A DNA stretch of 64,000 nucleotides from an uncultured Chloroflexia bacterium (GTDB lineage: Bacteria; Chloroflexota; Limnocylindria; Limnocylindrales; CSP1-4). Positions 34,488 through 45,491 of the stretch are shown piece by piece (position 1 is the first letter of the stretch; each line of letters starts with the position of its first letter). Where the stretch lies: the NCBI GenBank assembly GCA_963779315.1, contig CAVZXQ010000018.1, forward strand, positions 114,623 through 178,622, written 5' to 3'. A program made the translations under genes and the position numbers. Under the pieces are notes generated by a model, which was given only the letters and a program-made list of their open reading frames with translations, did not search any database and was not told the DNA's origin.

Positions 34488-35531
34488 ATGACCGCCCCAT
34501 CCGGACCGCCGGCCATCGACGCACGCGGCCTGCGTCGCACCTACGACGTCAAGCCGACCCGTGTCGTCGCGCTCGACGGCGTGGACCTGGAGGTGCCGCC
34601 GGGCGAGTTCTTCGGCCTGCTCGGGCCGAACGGCGCCGGCAAGACCACGCTCATCAAGATCCTCACGACGCTGCTGCTGCCATCCGAAGGGACCGCGCGC
34701 ATCTTCGGCTTCGATGTCGTCGAGGACGTCAAGCGGATCCGGCGGATCATGAACATGGTCGCCGGAGGCGAGCAGTCCGGCTACGGCATCCTCACCGTCC
34801 GCGAGCAGCTCTGGATGTTCAGCCAGTTCTACGGCCTGACCAGGGCGGACGGCTGGCGCCGGGTGGACGAACTGATCGAAGCCGTGGGCATGGGGCCGGA
34901 GCGGCTCCAGCGGGTCTCGACCCTGTCCACCGGCCAGCGTCAGAAGATGAACTTCGCGCGTGGGCTGCTCAACGATCCGTGGATCCTGTTCCTCGACGAA
35001 CCGACCCTGGGCCTCGACGTGGCGGCCGCGAGAGGCGTCCGTGAGCTGGTCACGGCCTGGAAGGCCGCCGTCCCGGGTCGAACGGTCCTGCTCACGACGC
35101 ACTACATGGCCGAGGCGGACGACCTGTGCGAGCGGATCGCCATCGTCGATCACGGCCGGATCCTGGCGATCGGGTCGCCGACCGAGCTCAAGAAGCGCGT
35201 CCAGCGCGAATCGATCTTCCGCGTCGAGCTGGACCATCTCGACGGAGGACCGGCCACCCTGGCGGCACTCCCCGGGGTCGTGTCGGCGGCGCCGGCGGCG
35301 GACGAAGGCGGCCCGAGGGACCGCCAGTCCGTGACCCTCAACCTCATCCTGGAGGAGGACGGCGCGCTGGGTGGCGTCGTCGTGGCGCTCAGCCGGCTGG
35401 GCTCGCACATCCTCGCGCTGCGCAAGTCGGAGCCGTCGCTGGAGGACGTGTTCGTGGAACTCGTCGGGCGCGGCTTCGCCGATGAGGATGGCCCTCCCGC
35501 CGCCTCCGATCCGCCAGCCGACGTGGCCTGA
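34488..35531 (+). CDS. ABC transporter ATP-binding protein, DrrA/ABC-2 type.
   Basis: GPNGAGKTT, LSTGQRQKMNFARGLL and ILFLDEPTLGLD are present. Confidence 0.85.
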   Translation: MTAPSGPPAIDARGLRRTYDVKPTRVVALDGVDLEVPPGEFFGLLGPNGAGKTTLIKILTTLLLPSEGTARIFGFDVVEDVKRIRRIMNMVAGGEQSGYGILTVREQLWMFSQFYGLTRADGWRRVDELIEAVGMGPERLQRVSTLSTGQRQKMNFARGLLNDPWILFLDEPTLGLDVAAARGVRELVTAWKAAVPGRTVLLTTHYMAEADDLCERIAIVDHGRILAIGSPTELKKRVQRESIFRVELDHLDGGPATLAALPGVVSAAPAADEGGPRDRQSVTLNLILEEDGALGGVVVALSRLGSHILALRKSEPSLEDVFVELVGRGFADEDGPPAASDPPADVA

Positions 35532-35533
35532 CC

Positions 35534-36412
35534 GTGTCCGTCTACGAGTTCCACCACTCGGACAGCCCGCAGGAGGCCGCCGAGTGGAGCCGTCGCCAGA
35601 TCCTGATGACGGACCTGCGGGCGGTGCGTGGGCGAGCCTACCCGCGGATCCACGGCATGCTGCGTGAGCCGTCGTGGGTCTTCTTCGAGATCCTGCTGCC
35701 GTTCCTCGCGACGTCGGCGTTCGTCTTCGTCTATCGCGCGCTCCAGGCACCGCCGCAGTACGTGGGGTTCGTGGTGCTGGGGGGCGCCATGACGGCGTTC
35801 TGGCTGAGCGTGGTCTGGATGATGGCCAGCCAGCTGTACTGGGAGAAGTCGCAGGGCAACCTCGAGCTGTACTTCGCCGCGCCGATGGGGTTCATGGCGA
35901 TCCTGTTCGGGATGGCCCTGGGCGGGATCGTCATGACGTCGATGCGTGCGGCCATGGTCCTGGTCGTGGCGACCGTCGTCTACGGCGTCACCTTCGAGGT
36001 CGACCAGTGGTTCCTGCTGCTGCTGGTCTTCGGACTCACGCTCGCGGCCCTGTATGGCCTCGGGATGATCCTCGCCAGCCTGTACCTGGTCTGGGGCCGG
36101 GAGGCCTTCCAGATGAACCAGTTGCTGGTCGAGCCGGTCTACTTCGTGTCCGGTCTGAACTTCCCGGTGATGAGCCTGGGACTCGTCGGCGCCCTCGCGA
36201 TCGCCACGATCCCGCTGGCGGTCGGCCTCGATGCCATGCGCCAGCTGGCGTTCGTCGGTTCGCCGTTCCCGGTCGGCACGCCATCGGTCGAGGTGGAGAT
36301 CGTGATCCTCATCGCCATGTCGATCGGGTTCGTCCTGGCGGCACGGGTGATGCTGGCCGCGCTGGAGCGTCGGGCTCGCCGTGACGGCCGCCTGTCGATC
36401 CGATGGCAATGA
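35534..36412 (+). CDS. ABC-2 family permease.
   Basis: Six-TM protein that follows the ATPase. It overlaps the next gene by 10 bp. Confidence 0.7.
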   Translation: MSVYEFHHSDSPQEAAEWSRRQILMTDLRAVRGRAYPRIHGMLREPSWVFFEILLPFLATSAFVFVYRALQAPPQYVGFVVLGGAMTAFWLSVVWMMASQLYWEKSQGNLELYFAAPMGFMAILFGMALGGIVMTSMRAAMVLVVATVVYGVTFEVDQWFLLLLVFGLTLAALYGLGMILASLYLVWGREAFQMNQLLVEPVYFVSGLNFPVMSLGLVGALAIATIPLAVGLDAMRQLAFVGSPFPVGTPSVEVEIVILIAMSIGFVLAARVMLAALERRARRDGRLSIRWQ

Positions 36413-37395
36413 CGGCCTCGACCGGGGCTCCGGCCGCCACGCCCGCGGTCCCGCCCGGCGCCGGACTGGGCTCCCCGGAGTGGGGAGGCTTCGACCCGTC
36501 GCGGACCGAGGACCGCGGCTCCGGAGAGACGTGGCGCGGCTTCCGCGCCGCGGTCAGCCTCGGCTGGCAGATGGAGGCGAACTGGACCGATCCGTTCCTG
36601 TTCTTCGTCTACTCGGTCGCCAAGCCCGTCTCGGCGGCGCTGATCCTCGTCGTCATGCTCCAGATCATCAGTGGCGGGAACGACCCGGAGTATCGAAGCT
36701 TCGTCGTGGTCGGGTCCGCGCTCTGGTCCCTGGTCATGGCCGGCATCGCGGGCCTGGCGTGGTCCGTCCTCGATGACCGCGAGCGGTTCCGGATGCTCAA
36801 GTACACGTACGTCAGCCCGGCCGACTTCCTGCTCCACCTGCTTGGCCGGGGCGTCGCGCGGATCGCCGTCGGTGCGATGGGCGCGATCATCACCATCGCC
36901 ATCGGGATCGTCATCCTCGGGGTGCCGTTCGATCCGGCCGCCGTGGACTGGGTCGGACTGGTTGTCGTCATGATGCTGGGGCTGGCGGCCATCTTGGCCA
37001 TCGGCGTCATGCTCGCCGCGGTCTGCCTGCAGACGCGCCAGGAATCGTGGTCCTACCCTGACGCCGTCGCCGGGGCCCTCTTCCTCGTCTCCGGGGCCGT
37101 CTTCCCGTTGGCCGTGCTGCCGCTCGCCGTTCAGGCCATCGGGTTGGTCAACCCCCTGGCGTGGTGGATCGAGGGGGTTCGATCGACGATGTTCCCAGGC
37201 AGCATCTCGTCGATCGGGGGACCCGGAAGCCTGTGGACGGACCTGACGGGCTCGGCCGCTCCGGACGTGACGACGACCATCCTCGTATTGCTGGTGACGG
37301 GGTCGCTGGTTACACTCGCAGCATCGAGCATCTTCCGGATCAGCGAACGCCGCGCACGGGATCGCGGGTTGCTGGACCGGACCACTGGATCCTGA
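36403..37395 (+). CDS. ABC-2 family permease, second subunit.
   Basis: Polytopic membrane protein in the same operon. Confidence 0.7.
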   Translation: MAMTASTGAPAATPAVPPGAGLGSPEWGGFDPSRTEDRGSGETWRGFRAAVSLGWQMEANWTDPFLFFVYSVAKPVSAALILVVMLQIISGGNDPEYRSFVVVGSALWSLVMAGIAGLAWSVLDDRERFRMLKYTYVSPADFLLHLLGRGVARIAVGAMGAIITIAIGIVILGVPFDPAAVDWVGLVVVMMLGLAAILAIGVMLAAVCLQTRQESWSYPDAVAGALFLVSGAVFPLAVLPLAVQAIGLVNPLAWWIEGVRSTMFPGSISSIGGPGSLWTDLTGSAAPDVTTTILVLLVTGSLVTLAASSIFRISERRARDRGLLDRTTGS

Positions 37396-37414
37396 CCCAG
37401 GAGGACCGGACCGC

Positions 37415-37933
37415 ATGCGGATCTACGAAGGCAGTCCGCGCCAGGACTTCGAGGAGGTGTTTCGATCCATCGGAGCGTTCCTCGACCAGCGCGCCATGAA
37501 GGACGTCCTGCTCATGGAGGCCCCGGACGGCTTCATCGTGCAGGGCCTGGTGACGGCCGGTGGCGCATCGGGTGCGTGGTCGGAATCGATGGGGACGCAG
37601 ACGAAGGAGACCCTGACCTTCCTTGACGACGACATCGCGCGGTTCATGGAAGAGGCCGCGGCGCGGCGCGGTCAGGAGCCGCCGCCCCCGATCCACGAGG
37701 CCGGCTACTACGAGACGGCGTTCCGGGTGCTCGGTCGCTTCATCGACGAGCAGAAGCCACAGGACGTCTTCTTCTTCGAGCAGGGCGGCGCATTCGTCGT
37801 CCGGCTGCTGATGTCAGGCGCAGCAGGCAGCCACCACGAGCTGTCCGAATTCACCAAGGACGACATCGACCAACTCGTGGCGCAGGGCCCCGCCCTTCGC
37901 TACGTCGAACCCACGAAGGAGGCCACTCCATGA
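37415..37933 (+). CDS. Hypothetical protein, 172 aa.
   Basis: Intact ORF in an operonic position; no recognisable domain. Confidence 0.4.
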   Translation: MRIYEGSPRQDFEEVFRSIGAFLDQRAMKDVLLMEAPDGFIVQGLVTAGGASGAWSESMGTQTKETLTFLDDDIARFMEEAAARRGQEPPPPIHEAGYYETAFRVLGRFIDEQKPQDVFFFEQGGAFVVRLLMSGAAGSHHELSEFTKDDIDQLVAQGPALRYVEPTKEATP

Positions 37934-38085
37934 AGGCACTCAAGACCGTCGCCGTCGCCCTCGGGATCACCCTGGGCGCCCTCATCGTCATCCCGCTCGC
38001 CGTCCTGGCCGGACTGTTCGTCTGGCTCAAGGTCACCGAGGAAGATGACGAGGAGATCCTCGAGCTGGACCGCGAAGGCGTCTGA
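37930..38085 (+). CDS. Small single-TM protein.
   Basis: Reads MKALKTVAVALGITLGALIVIPLAVLAGLFVWL followed by an acidic tail. Confidence 0.3.
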   Translation: MKALKTVAVALGITLGALIVIPLAVLAGLFVWLKVTEEDDEEILELDREGV

Positions 38086-38216
38086 GCGAACCGGTCAAGC
38101 CGCGCGCATCTGAGACGCCCGCCGGATCGACGGCGGGCGTCGCGCTGTCCGGACCCGTCCGCTCGGCGTCGTCGCAGGCCGAGCGGCGGACCGCGGAACT
38201 GGCCGCCCTCGGCGTC

Positions 38217-39116
38217 ATGGCGCTGTGGGCCGGCAACTTCATCGTGGTCAAGGGTGCGGTGGCGGTCCTGCCGCCCGTCGGGTTCACGTTCCTGCGCTAC
38301 ATCGTGGCGTCGGTCACGGTCCTGCTCCTGTTGCGCTGGCGGGACGGGGACATCTCGCTCCCGCGCAGCGATGCGCTGCGGATCGGGATCCTCGGGGTCG
38401 TCGGATTCGGGTTCTACCAGGTCTTCTGGTCGACCGGCCTCCAGTCGATCTCGGCCGGTGACTCGGCCCTGCTCATCGCGACGACCCCGGTCTGGACGGC
38501 CGTCCTTGCCGCCGCGACCGGAGCGGACACCCTGTCGCCGACGCGCCTCGCGGGTGCCATCCTGTCGTTCCTCGGGGTCGCGGTGGTCATCGGATCCGGC
38601 CCGGGGTTCGACCTGGGCACATCGCTGATCGGGGACGTGCTGACCTTGGTCGCGGCGCTGTGCTGGGCCATCTACACGGCGTTCGGCGCGAATGTCCTGC
38701 GTCGCCACTCGCCGCTCAAGACGACGACCTGGGCGATCGTGGCCGGGACGCTGTTCCTGGCCCCGATCGGGACCGCCCAACTGATCAGCTCGGCGGAGTC
38801 GGGGAGCATCGCCGCCGGCCTGGCGGCCGGGGCGGCGCTGGCCGTCATCCTCGCGATCGTGTACTCGGGAACGCTTGCGGCGGGGACGGCGAACGTCGTG
38901 ATCTTCCATGCCATCAAGCTCGTCGGCCCGACGCGGATCACCGCCCTCCAGTCGCTCGTCCCGGCGATGGCGGTGGTACTGGCGGCGATCTTCCTCGGCG
39001 AGCCGATCCGTCCCGGGCAGGTGGTCGGCGGCGTGATCATCGTGGCCGGCGTCGCCATCCTCCGCCGTGGGACACTACCGGGGATGGGACGCATGCGATC
39101 GCGGAGCACCGGGTGA
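38217..39116 (+). CDS. EamA/DMT family transporter.
   Basis: Two EamA halves totalling ten TM helices. Confidence 0.75.
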   Translation: MALWAGNFIVVKGAVAVLPPVGFTFLRYIVASVTVLLLLRWRDGDISLPRSDALRIGILGVVGFGFYQVFWSTGLQSISAGDSALLIATTPVWTAVLAAATGADTLSPTRLAGAILSFLGVAVVIGSGPGFDLGTSLIGDVLTLVAALCWAIYTAFGANVLRRHSPLKTTTWAIVAGTLFLAPIGTAQLISSAESGSIAAGLAAGAALAVILAIVYSGTLAAGTANVVIFHAIKLVGPTRITALQSLVPAMAVVLAAIFLGEPIRPGQVVGGVIIVAGVAILRRGTLPGMGRMRSRSTG

Positions 39117-39944
39117 GCGCAGTCGAAGGGCCGGACGGCGCCGCGCCGCCCATCCCGCCGCTGCGACCCGGCCAGCCGCCGATCGCCATCCTGGTCGACT
39201 ACGACGGCACGATCGCCCTGACCGACGTGTCGGACACGGTCATGGCCGAGCACGTCCCGGGCGTCTGGGAGGCGGAGGCGGCCGCCTATGACGCCGGGCC
39301 TGATGGGCTCGCGCCGGCTGATGACCTGGGAGATGGCCCAGGTGGACGCGGATCCGGCGGCATTGCTGGCGACCGCAGCCGCCCAGCCGCATGACCCGGG
39401 CTTCGTGCCGTTCGTGCGCCGGGCGCAGGCCGCGGGGATCCCGGTCGAGGTCGTGTCGGACGGGTTCGGGTTCTTCATCCGGCCTGCGCTGGAGGCGCTC
39501 GGGGTGGGGGAGTTGCCGGTCATCACGGCCCGCACCACGTTCTCGGGCCGGGGGGCGTCGATCGCGTTCCCCAACGGGCACCCGTCGTGCCACGTCTGCG
39601 GCACCTGCAAGCGCAACCGGGTCCTGGCCCACCAGGCGGCGGGCCGGACCGTGGTGTTCATCGGCGATGGCGAATCGGACCGCTATGCCGCCGGGTACAG
39701 CGACGTGGTGTTCGCGAAGCACTCCCTGGTCAACATCTGCCTGGAGGCGGGCTGGTCCTTCCAGCGCTGGACCGGGTTCGCGGAGATCGACTCGTGGCTG
39801 GCGACGACGATCCGGGCCTGGCGGGAAGGCGAAGGGACGTTACCGGGGCCGGCTGCGCGCCCGATGTTCTGTGGTCCCGAGGTCTGGGGCAAGGACCTGG
39901 TCGACCCGCCCGACGGGTACTGGCCGCCCCGGCAGACCCGCTAG
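39114..39944 (+). CDS. HAD-superfamily phosphatase; frame break near 39290.
   Basis: Motif I is ILVDYDGTI, and a later motif is VFIGDGESD. Confidence 0.55.
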
Positions 39945-39956
39945 ACTCGGGGCGCG

Positions 39957-41403
39957 ATGGAACCCTGGGAACTGACAGCTGTCGAACTGTCGAAGGCCCT
40001 GCAGCACCGGGAGATCTCGGCGGTCGAGGCCCTGCATTCGGTCCTCTCACGCGCCGAGGCCGTCGGTGAGGCCGTGAACCCCTTCTCGGTCGATCTCTAC
40101 GAGCGAGCCCTGCATGCGGCCTACGCGGCGGACGCTCGCCTTGGGCGGGGTTCGGGCGGACCGCTGGCCGGTCTTCCGATCAGCGCCAAGGACTCGCAGT
40201 GGCTGGCCGGCGTCGAGAGTGCTCACGGGTCCCTCTCGATGCGCGGCTTCGTGCCGGACAAGACGGCCGTGGTCCTGGAGCGCCTGGAACAGGCCGGGGC
40301 CGTGATCTTCGCCAAGACCGCGGTGCCCGAGTTCTGCTACACGGGCATCACCGAATCGCCCATCAACGGCCGGACGTGCAATCCGTGGGACCTCGCCCGG
40401 ACGCCGGGTGGGTCGTCGGGCGGCGCCGGCGCGGCGGTCGCGGCGGGCATCGGCCCCATCTCGATGGGCGGCGACGGCGGCGGGTCCATCCGGATCCCGT
40501 CCGCGTTCTGCGGCATCGTCGGGTTCAAGCCGACGTTCGGCGCGGTGGCCCGCGAGCCATCGGCCGAGGCCTGGAAGACGCTGGTCTCCGTCGGTCCGAT
40601 GGCCCGGACCGTCGCGGACGTCCGTCTCGTCATGCCGTACATCACCGGCGCGGACCCACGCGACCTGTACTCGATCGACGTCCCGCTCATCGGGCAGCCG
40701 GCGCCGGACCCGCACGGGCTCGTCGTCGTGGCGTCGGAGGACCTCGGGATCGCGCTCGTCGACGACGACGTCCGATCGGCCTTCCGCATCTCCCTGGCGG
40801 CCCTTCGTTCCGCGGGGGTGACCGTCGTGGAGGACACGCCGGGCCTGCCCTCGTCGGTCGAGACGTGGGCGGCGATCGCGGGCTACGAGGCGTATCTCGC
40901 CGAGCATCATGTCCTGCGCGACACGCCGGAGATCCTCACCCACCAGGCGCGCGGCTTCATCGAGTTCGGCGAGTGGCTCGGCGAGGAGAAGTACAACGAG
41001 GCGCTCGAGTACCGCAAGGACATCCACGCCGCCTACCTCGCGATGTTCGAGCGGACGGGCGCGCACGTGCTGCTGACGCCGACGCTTGGGCCTCGAAGCC
41101 TTCGCGCACGGCTCCACCTACCCGATGGAAGTGGGCGGCCAGCCGATGGACCCGGTCTGGCGCGACTGGGCGCCGATGCTCTACGACGCCAACCTGTGCG
41201 GCTTCCCGGCCGTGGCGCTGCCGATCGGCCTCGGCGACGACGGACTGCCGGTCTCGATGCAGGTGCTGGGCCTCAACCGCACGGACGGGCTGACGCTCGC
41301 CACGGCCGAGACCATCGAAGGTGTCCTGGGCCGGTCCAGCCGACCGCCCGAGCCATTCCGCGATCGGCCCATCAGCGAAGATGCGGTGATCCAGGCGGCC
41401 TAG
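39957..41403 (+). CDS. Amidase-signature enzyme; frame break near 41085.
   Basis: The AS-family catalytic core GGSSGGAGAAVAAG...GGDGGGSIRIPSAFCG is present. Confidence 0.8.
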
Positions 41404-41432
41404 GACCCAGGCGGGGCAGCGGGAGGACACTC

Positions 41433-42893
41433 ATGGCGCGATCGCGACGCACCCTCCGCGGGATCTCGGAGATCCGCGCCTACCTGCGGACCAACCGGCG
41501 GCCCATCTACTTCATCTCGCCGACGCCGTTCAACCTGCTGGGCATCGATCGCTGGGTCCGCAACTTCTTCTTCGTCAACTGGTACGACAGCTTCGATGGG
41601 ACCCATCCGCGGGTGTTCGTGCCGCATTCGCGGCCGTACCACGAGTGGACGTCCATGGAGGAGATCACCAACGAGCTCCTTCGCCACCCGGAGGTGGAGG
41701 CGTTCATGCGGACCAAGGCGAAGCGCGGGCTGGCGGCGTTCGTCATGTTCGACGAGGAGAGCGAGGCGCTGGCGCGCCAGGTCGGGCTGCGCGTCATCCA
41801 CCCGAAGGCGTCGCTGCGGCGGTTCATCGATTCGAAGACCAACACCGTCCGGCTGGGCAACGAGGCGGGCGTGCCGTCCGTCCCGAACGTGCTCGCGAGC
41901 GTGGGTTCGTGGCGGGAGCTGCAGCGGGTCGCGCACCGGGCGCGGCTGGGCGACGACCTCGTCATCCAATCGCCCTATGGCGATTCCGGGCGGACCACCT
42001 ACTTCATCGCGAGCGAGGACGACTGGGCCACGTACGGCGAGGAGATCGCCGAGGCGCCCGAGGTCAAGGTCATGCGCCGGATCCGCAACCGGGCCTTCGC
42101 GGTCGAGGCCTGCATCACGCGCCACGGGACGATCGTGGGACCGGTGATGACGGACCTGACCGGGTTCAAGTCACTGACCCCGTACAAGGGCGGCTGGTGC
42201 GGCAACGACCTGTGGCCCGGAGCGCTGCTGCCCGAGCAGCAGGTGGCCGCCCGCAAGATGATCCAGCGCCTGGGCGATCGCCTGGCCGCCGAGGGCTATC
42301 GCGGCTTCCTCGAGATCGACATCCTGCTGGACCTGGACACCGAGCGAGGTCTATCTCGGGGAGATCAACCCGCGGGTGTCCGGCGCCAGCTCGCTGACCA
42401 ACGTGACCGCCGGCGCCTACGCGGACCTGCCGCTGTTCTGCTTCCACATCCTGGAGTACCTCAACGTCGACTACGAGATCGACGTCGACGACATCAACGA
42501 CCGCTGGGCGGAGGCCTCGACCATCGACATGTGGAGCCAGCTGATCATCAAGGAGCCGCACGACCGGGTGGAGCGGCTGGTGTCCGCGCCGCGGACCGGG
42601 ATCTGGCGGTTCGAGCCGGACGGGTCCATCCGCTTCGGGCGGTGGGGGAACGACTGGCATTCCATCCTGGACGGCAGCGAGGCCTTCTTCCTGCGGGTCC
42701 TGGCCCCCGGCGACTACCGCTACAAGGGCGCGGACCTGGGCACGCTCGTGACGCGCTCGCGGATGCAGACGGACAAGCTGAACCTGACCAAGCGCTGCAA
42801 GCAGTGGGTCGCCGGCATCCACGAGCAGTACGTGGGCATCCCCGTCGGGAACGAGCCGGAGATCTTCATCCCGCCGCCGTTCAAGGGCTGAGG
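41433..42893 (+). CDS. ATP-grasp domain protein, PGM1-like ligase; frame break near 42350.
   Basis: Contains ...GYRGFLEIDILLD... and LGEINPRVSG, with a long pre-ATP-grasp N-terminus. Confidence 0.55.
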
Positions 42894-42990
42894 CCGTCGG
42901 GCGGGGGGCGGAGTGGGTGCCGCGCCGCCCCCGCCGCGCCGCCCCTGCGCCGCGCGCGTGCCGCCCCCGCCGCGTGGGGCGCCCGTCGAC

Positions 42991-43205
42991 CGGATGTGCA
43001 TCTCGTGACCATTTACGCCAAGCAGACCCGCATGGTTGTCCGAATGGTGCACGCAATGCACCGACCGTCCAACGAGAGGCGTCATCTTGTCCGCGCGGTG
43101 CATCCGGTGCACCGCGCGGCCAGGGAGTCGAGTCTGCGTGTCCTAAATGGTCACCTTGTGCACGCCCCGACCATCGCCGCGACCAAGTCAGCGCACCGGA
43201 CCCAG
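42991..43205. repeat. GTGCAC-rich intergenic element, copy B.
   Basis: Contains ggtgcatccggtgcacc and gcgtgtcctaaatggtcaccttgtgcac, upstream of sigma gene 1. Confidence 0.6.
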
Positions 43206-43244
43206 CGCAGCAGACCCAGTGCTGGCCCCGCCCGGCCCAGGCCC

Positions 43245-43291
43245 ACACCACGTGGGACACTTCGCCCCTCCCGTGACATCTATGGGGCATG
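43245..43291 (+). promoter_or_regulatory. Promoter block of sigma gene 1, duplicated at 48066-48101.
   Basis: gggacacttcgcccctcccgtgacatctatggggcatgg is near-identical in front of sigma genes 1 and 2, and the related motif catctgtggggcatg sits before sigma gene 3. The block abuts the ATG, so the transcript is probably leaderless. Confidence 0.45.
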
Positions 43292-43835
43292 GTGGCTGAA
43301 CTGACGACAGTGCGAGGCATCGCGGCATCGACCGTGGCGGACGCCGCGGCCGGCGACGCGGATGCGCTCGCCCGGATCGTGGGTGCCCATCACGACGACA
43401 TGGCGCGCATCTGCTACGTCATCTGCGGCGACCAGGACATGGCCCAGGATGCCGTCCAGGCCGCCTGGCCCGTCGCCTGGCGCAAGCTCGGCTCGCTGCG
43501 GGACCCGGAACGGCTGCGACCCTGGCTGATGGCCGTCGCCGCGAACGAGGTCCGCCAGGTCATGCGCCGCCAGCGCCGGCACCAGGTCGTCGAGATCGAG
43601 GTCGCCGACATCGGGTCCTCGCACGGTGACCCGGCCGCCAGCTCCGCCCTGACCGATCTTGCCGTGGCCCTTCGGCGGCTGACTCCCAGAGGACCGCACC
43701 CTGCTCGCCCTGCGCCACGTTGCGGGCTTCGATGCGACCGAGATCGGTCGCGAACTCGGGATGTCGCCATCGGGCGTCCGCTCCCGCCTCGCTCGCCTGC
43801 TCGAGCGCCTCCGAACGGAGCTGGCAGATGTCTGA
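43289..43835 (+). CDS. ECF/sigma-70 family sigma factor 1; frame break near 43685.
   Basis: Contains region 2 (...AVQAAWPVAWRKLGSLRDPERLRPWLMAVAANE) and region 4 (LLALRHVAGFDATEIGRELGMSPSGVRSRLARLLERL). Confidence 0.75.
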
Positions 43836-45370
43836 CTCGACCTTCGAGACCCTGCTTACCGGGCAGCTCCGCGAATACGCCGAAGCCGGCGTCCGACCGA
43901 TCGACCGCTACGCGATCGCCGAGGCGATCATCTCCCACTCGGTGGCCGCCGGCACGCAGCAGCGCGGCTCGGCGCTGGCGAGCCCTCTGGCGATCAGCGG
44001 TCGACCAGCCGAACGCCGCTCGTCGCCGCGCTCCTGCTCGTCGGCCTGCTCATCGCGCTGATGGGGGTCATGCTGCTGCCGGGCGCGCGACCGCTGTTCC
44101 CGGCCGTCGTCGAGCCCGACGGCCTCCGCGACGACCGGTCCTGTGGGCGTACCAGCCGAGGGGCCGCCGATCGCGTCTCCCGCCGAATTCCCATCGGCGT
44201 CGTCCGAACCGGTGCCCGGCCAGGGTGTCATGACCCGGGTCGCGGACATGACGGAGGGTCGGATCGAGCCGGTGATGGTGACGCTGACGGATGGCCGCGT
44301 CCTGATCGTCGGTGGCTTGTCGATCGATGGCGTCCCCGACGCGCCCGCCGAGATCTTCGATCCGTCGACCGGGCGGTTCGTCACCGTCACCACGCCCGAT
44401 TCGGTGATCGGCGACGGCTCCGGCTCCGGCGTGCTCCTTCGGGATGGCCGGGTCCTTGTCGTCCTGTACAGCGGCAACCACCTCGCCTCGTCGATCCACG
44501 TCTTCGATCCGCAAGCGATGACGTGGACCCGAGTCACCGCGAAGGGTTTCGAGGGCAACGAGCTCGATGGCAGCGGCCCGATCCGACGGTATCCGACGCT
44601 GACCCTGCTCCGTGACGGTCGCGTGCTGCTGTCCGGCGGCGAAGTGAACTCCCCCGGCGGGGGAACTGGGACCGTTGTGGATACAGCGGAGATCTTCGAT
44701 CCGGTGACGGGGACACTTTCGCCGACCGGGTCGATGACGAAGCCGCGCACGGGTCACTCGACCACCCTCCTGCCGGACGGTCGCGTGCTGGTGGCAGGCG
44801 GAAGGGGTCTATGCGACACGATACGGGACAGTCTCAGGTTCTGCGATCTTCCAGACCTCCAGGACGCGGAGATCTACGATCCGGCGACCGGGACCTCCAT
44901 GCCGACCGGCCCGATGTCGGGCGTAGCGCGGCGTGACCGAGGGCATGCTGCTGCCAGACGGCCGGGTCCTCGTCCTGTCGATCTCGTTAGCTTCTAGGTC
45001 GGACGGGACCGACGGCCCCGGTCTGGCCGAGATCTATGACCCAGCGAGCGGAACGTTCGCGGCCGCGGCGTCCACTCCACACGGGGCCCGGACGGCAACG
45101 CTCCTTCCGGATGGTCGAGTCTTCCTGACCGCCCCGTGGGAAGAGCTGCCGGCCACGAACGACCAAACCGGTCCATTCACGATCTGGTCCGGGATCTACG
45201 ACCCGGCGACCGGTTTGACGCAGGATGGACCCGCTCCTCCGGCCGGGCGGCAGCAGCCGGCCCTCCTCGCCGACGGACGCATCCTGCTCGTCGGGGGTGA
45301 GGTGAACAGGCGACCGTTGGACGGCCCGCCGGACTCGGCTCCGTGGGCGGAGCTCTACGAATGGCGCTGA
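43828..45370 (+). CDS. Membrane anti-sigma-like protein with an extracytoplasmic Kelch-type beta-propeller; frame breaks.
   Basis: The start overlaps the sigma stop (ATGTCTGA). The N-terminus MSDSTFETLLTGQLREYAEAGVRPIDRYAIAEAI is followed by a TM helix (LVAALLLVGLLIALMGVML) and repeated ...DGRVL[VL]xGG...[IV][FY]DPxTG[TR]F... Kelch-like blades. Confidence 0.6.
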
Positions 45371-45491
45371 TCGCCCGGCTCAACCACGACTTCGGCGCGA
45401 CGCAGGAGATCACATCAGTGACGGCGTGGCGGCCAGCAGCCCACGCCTCAGGCCCACGCCTCAGCCCACCCAGGCTGCAAGGAGATCCGGT

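Noticed and set aside
39957-43304. The 1115-aa ORF 39957..43304.
   Set aside because: Only the first about 380 aa are amidase. The remainder is read-through of a wrong frame across the amidase C-terminus, the ATP-grasp gene and element B, caused by a frame error.
43828-44080. Calling the sigma-coupled membrane proteins classical ZAS or RskA-type anti-sigma factors.
   Set aside because: No HxxxCxxC zinc motif is visible, so they are labelled only as anti-sigma-like on the basis of translational coupling and topology.
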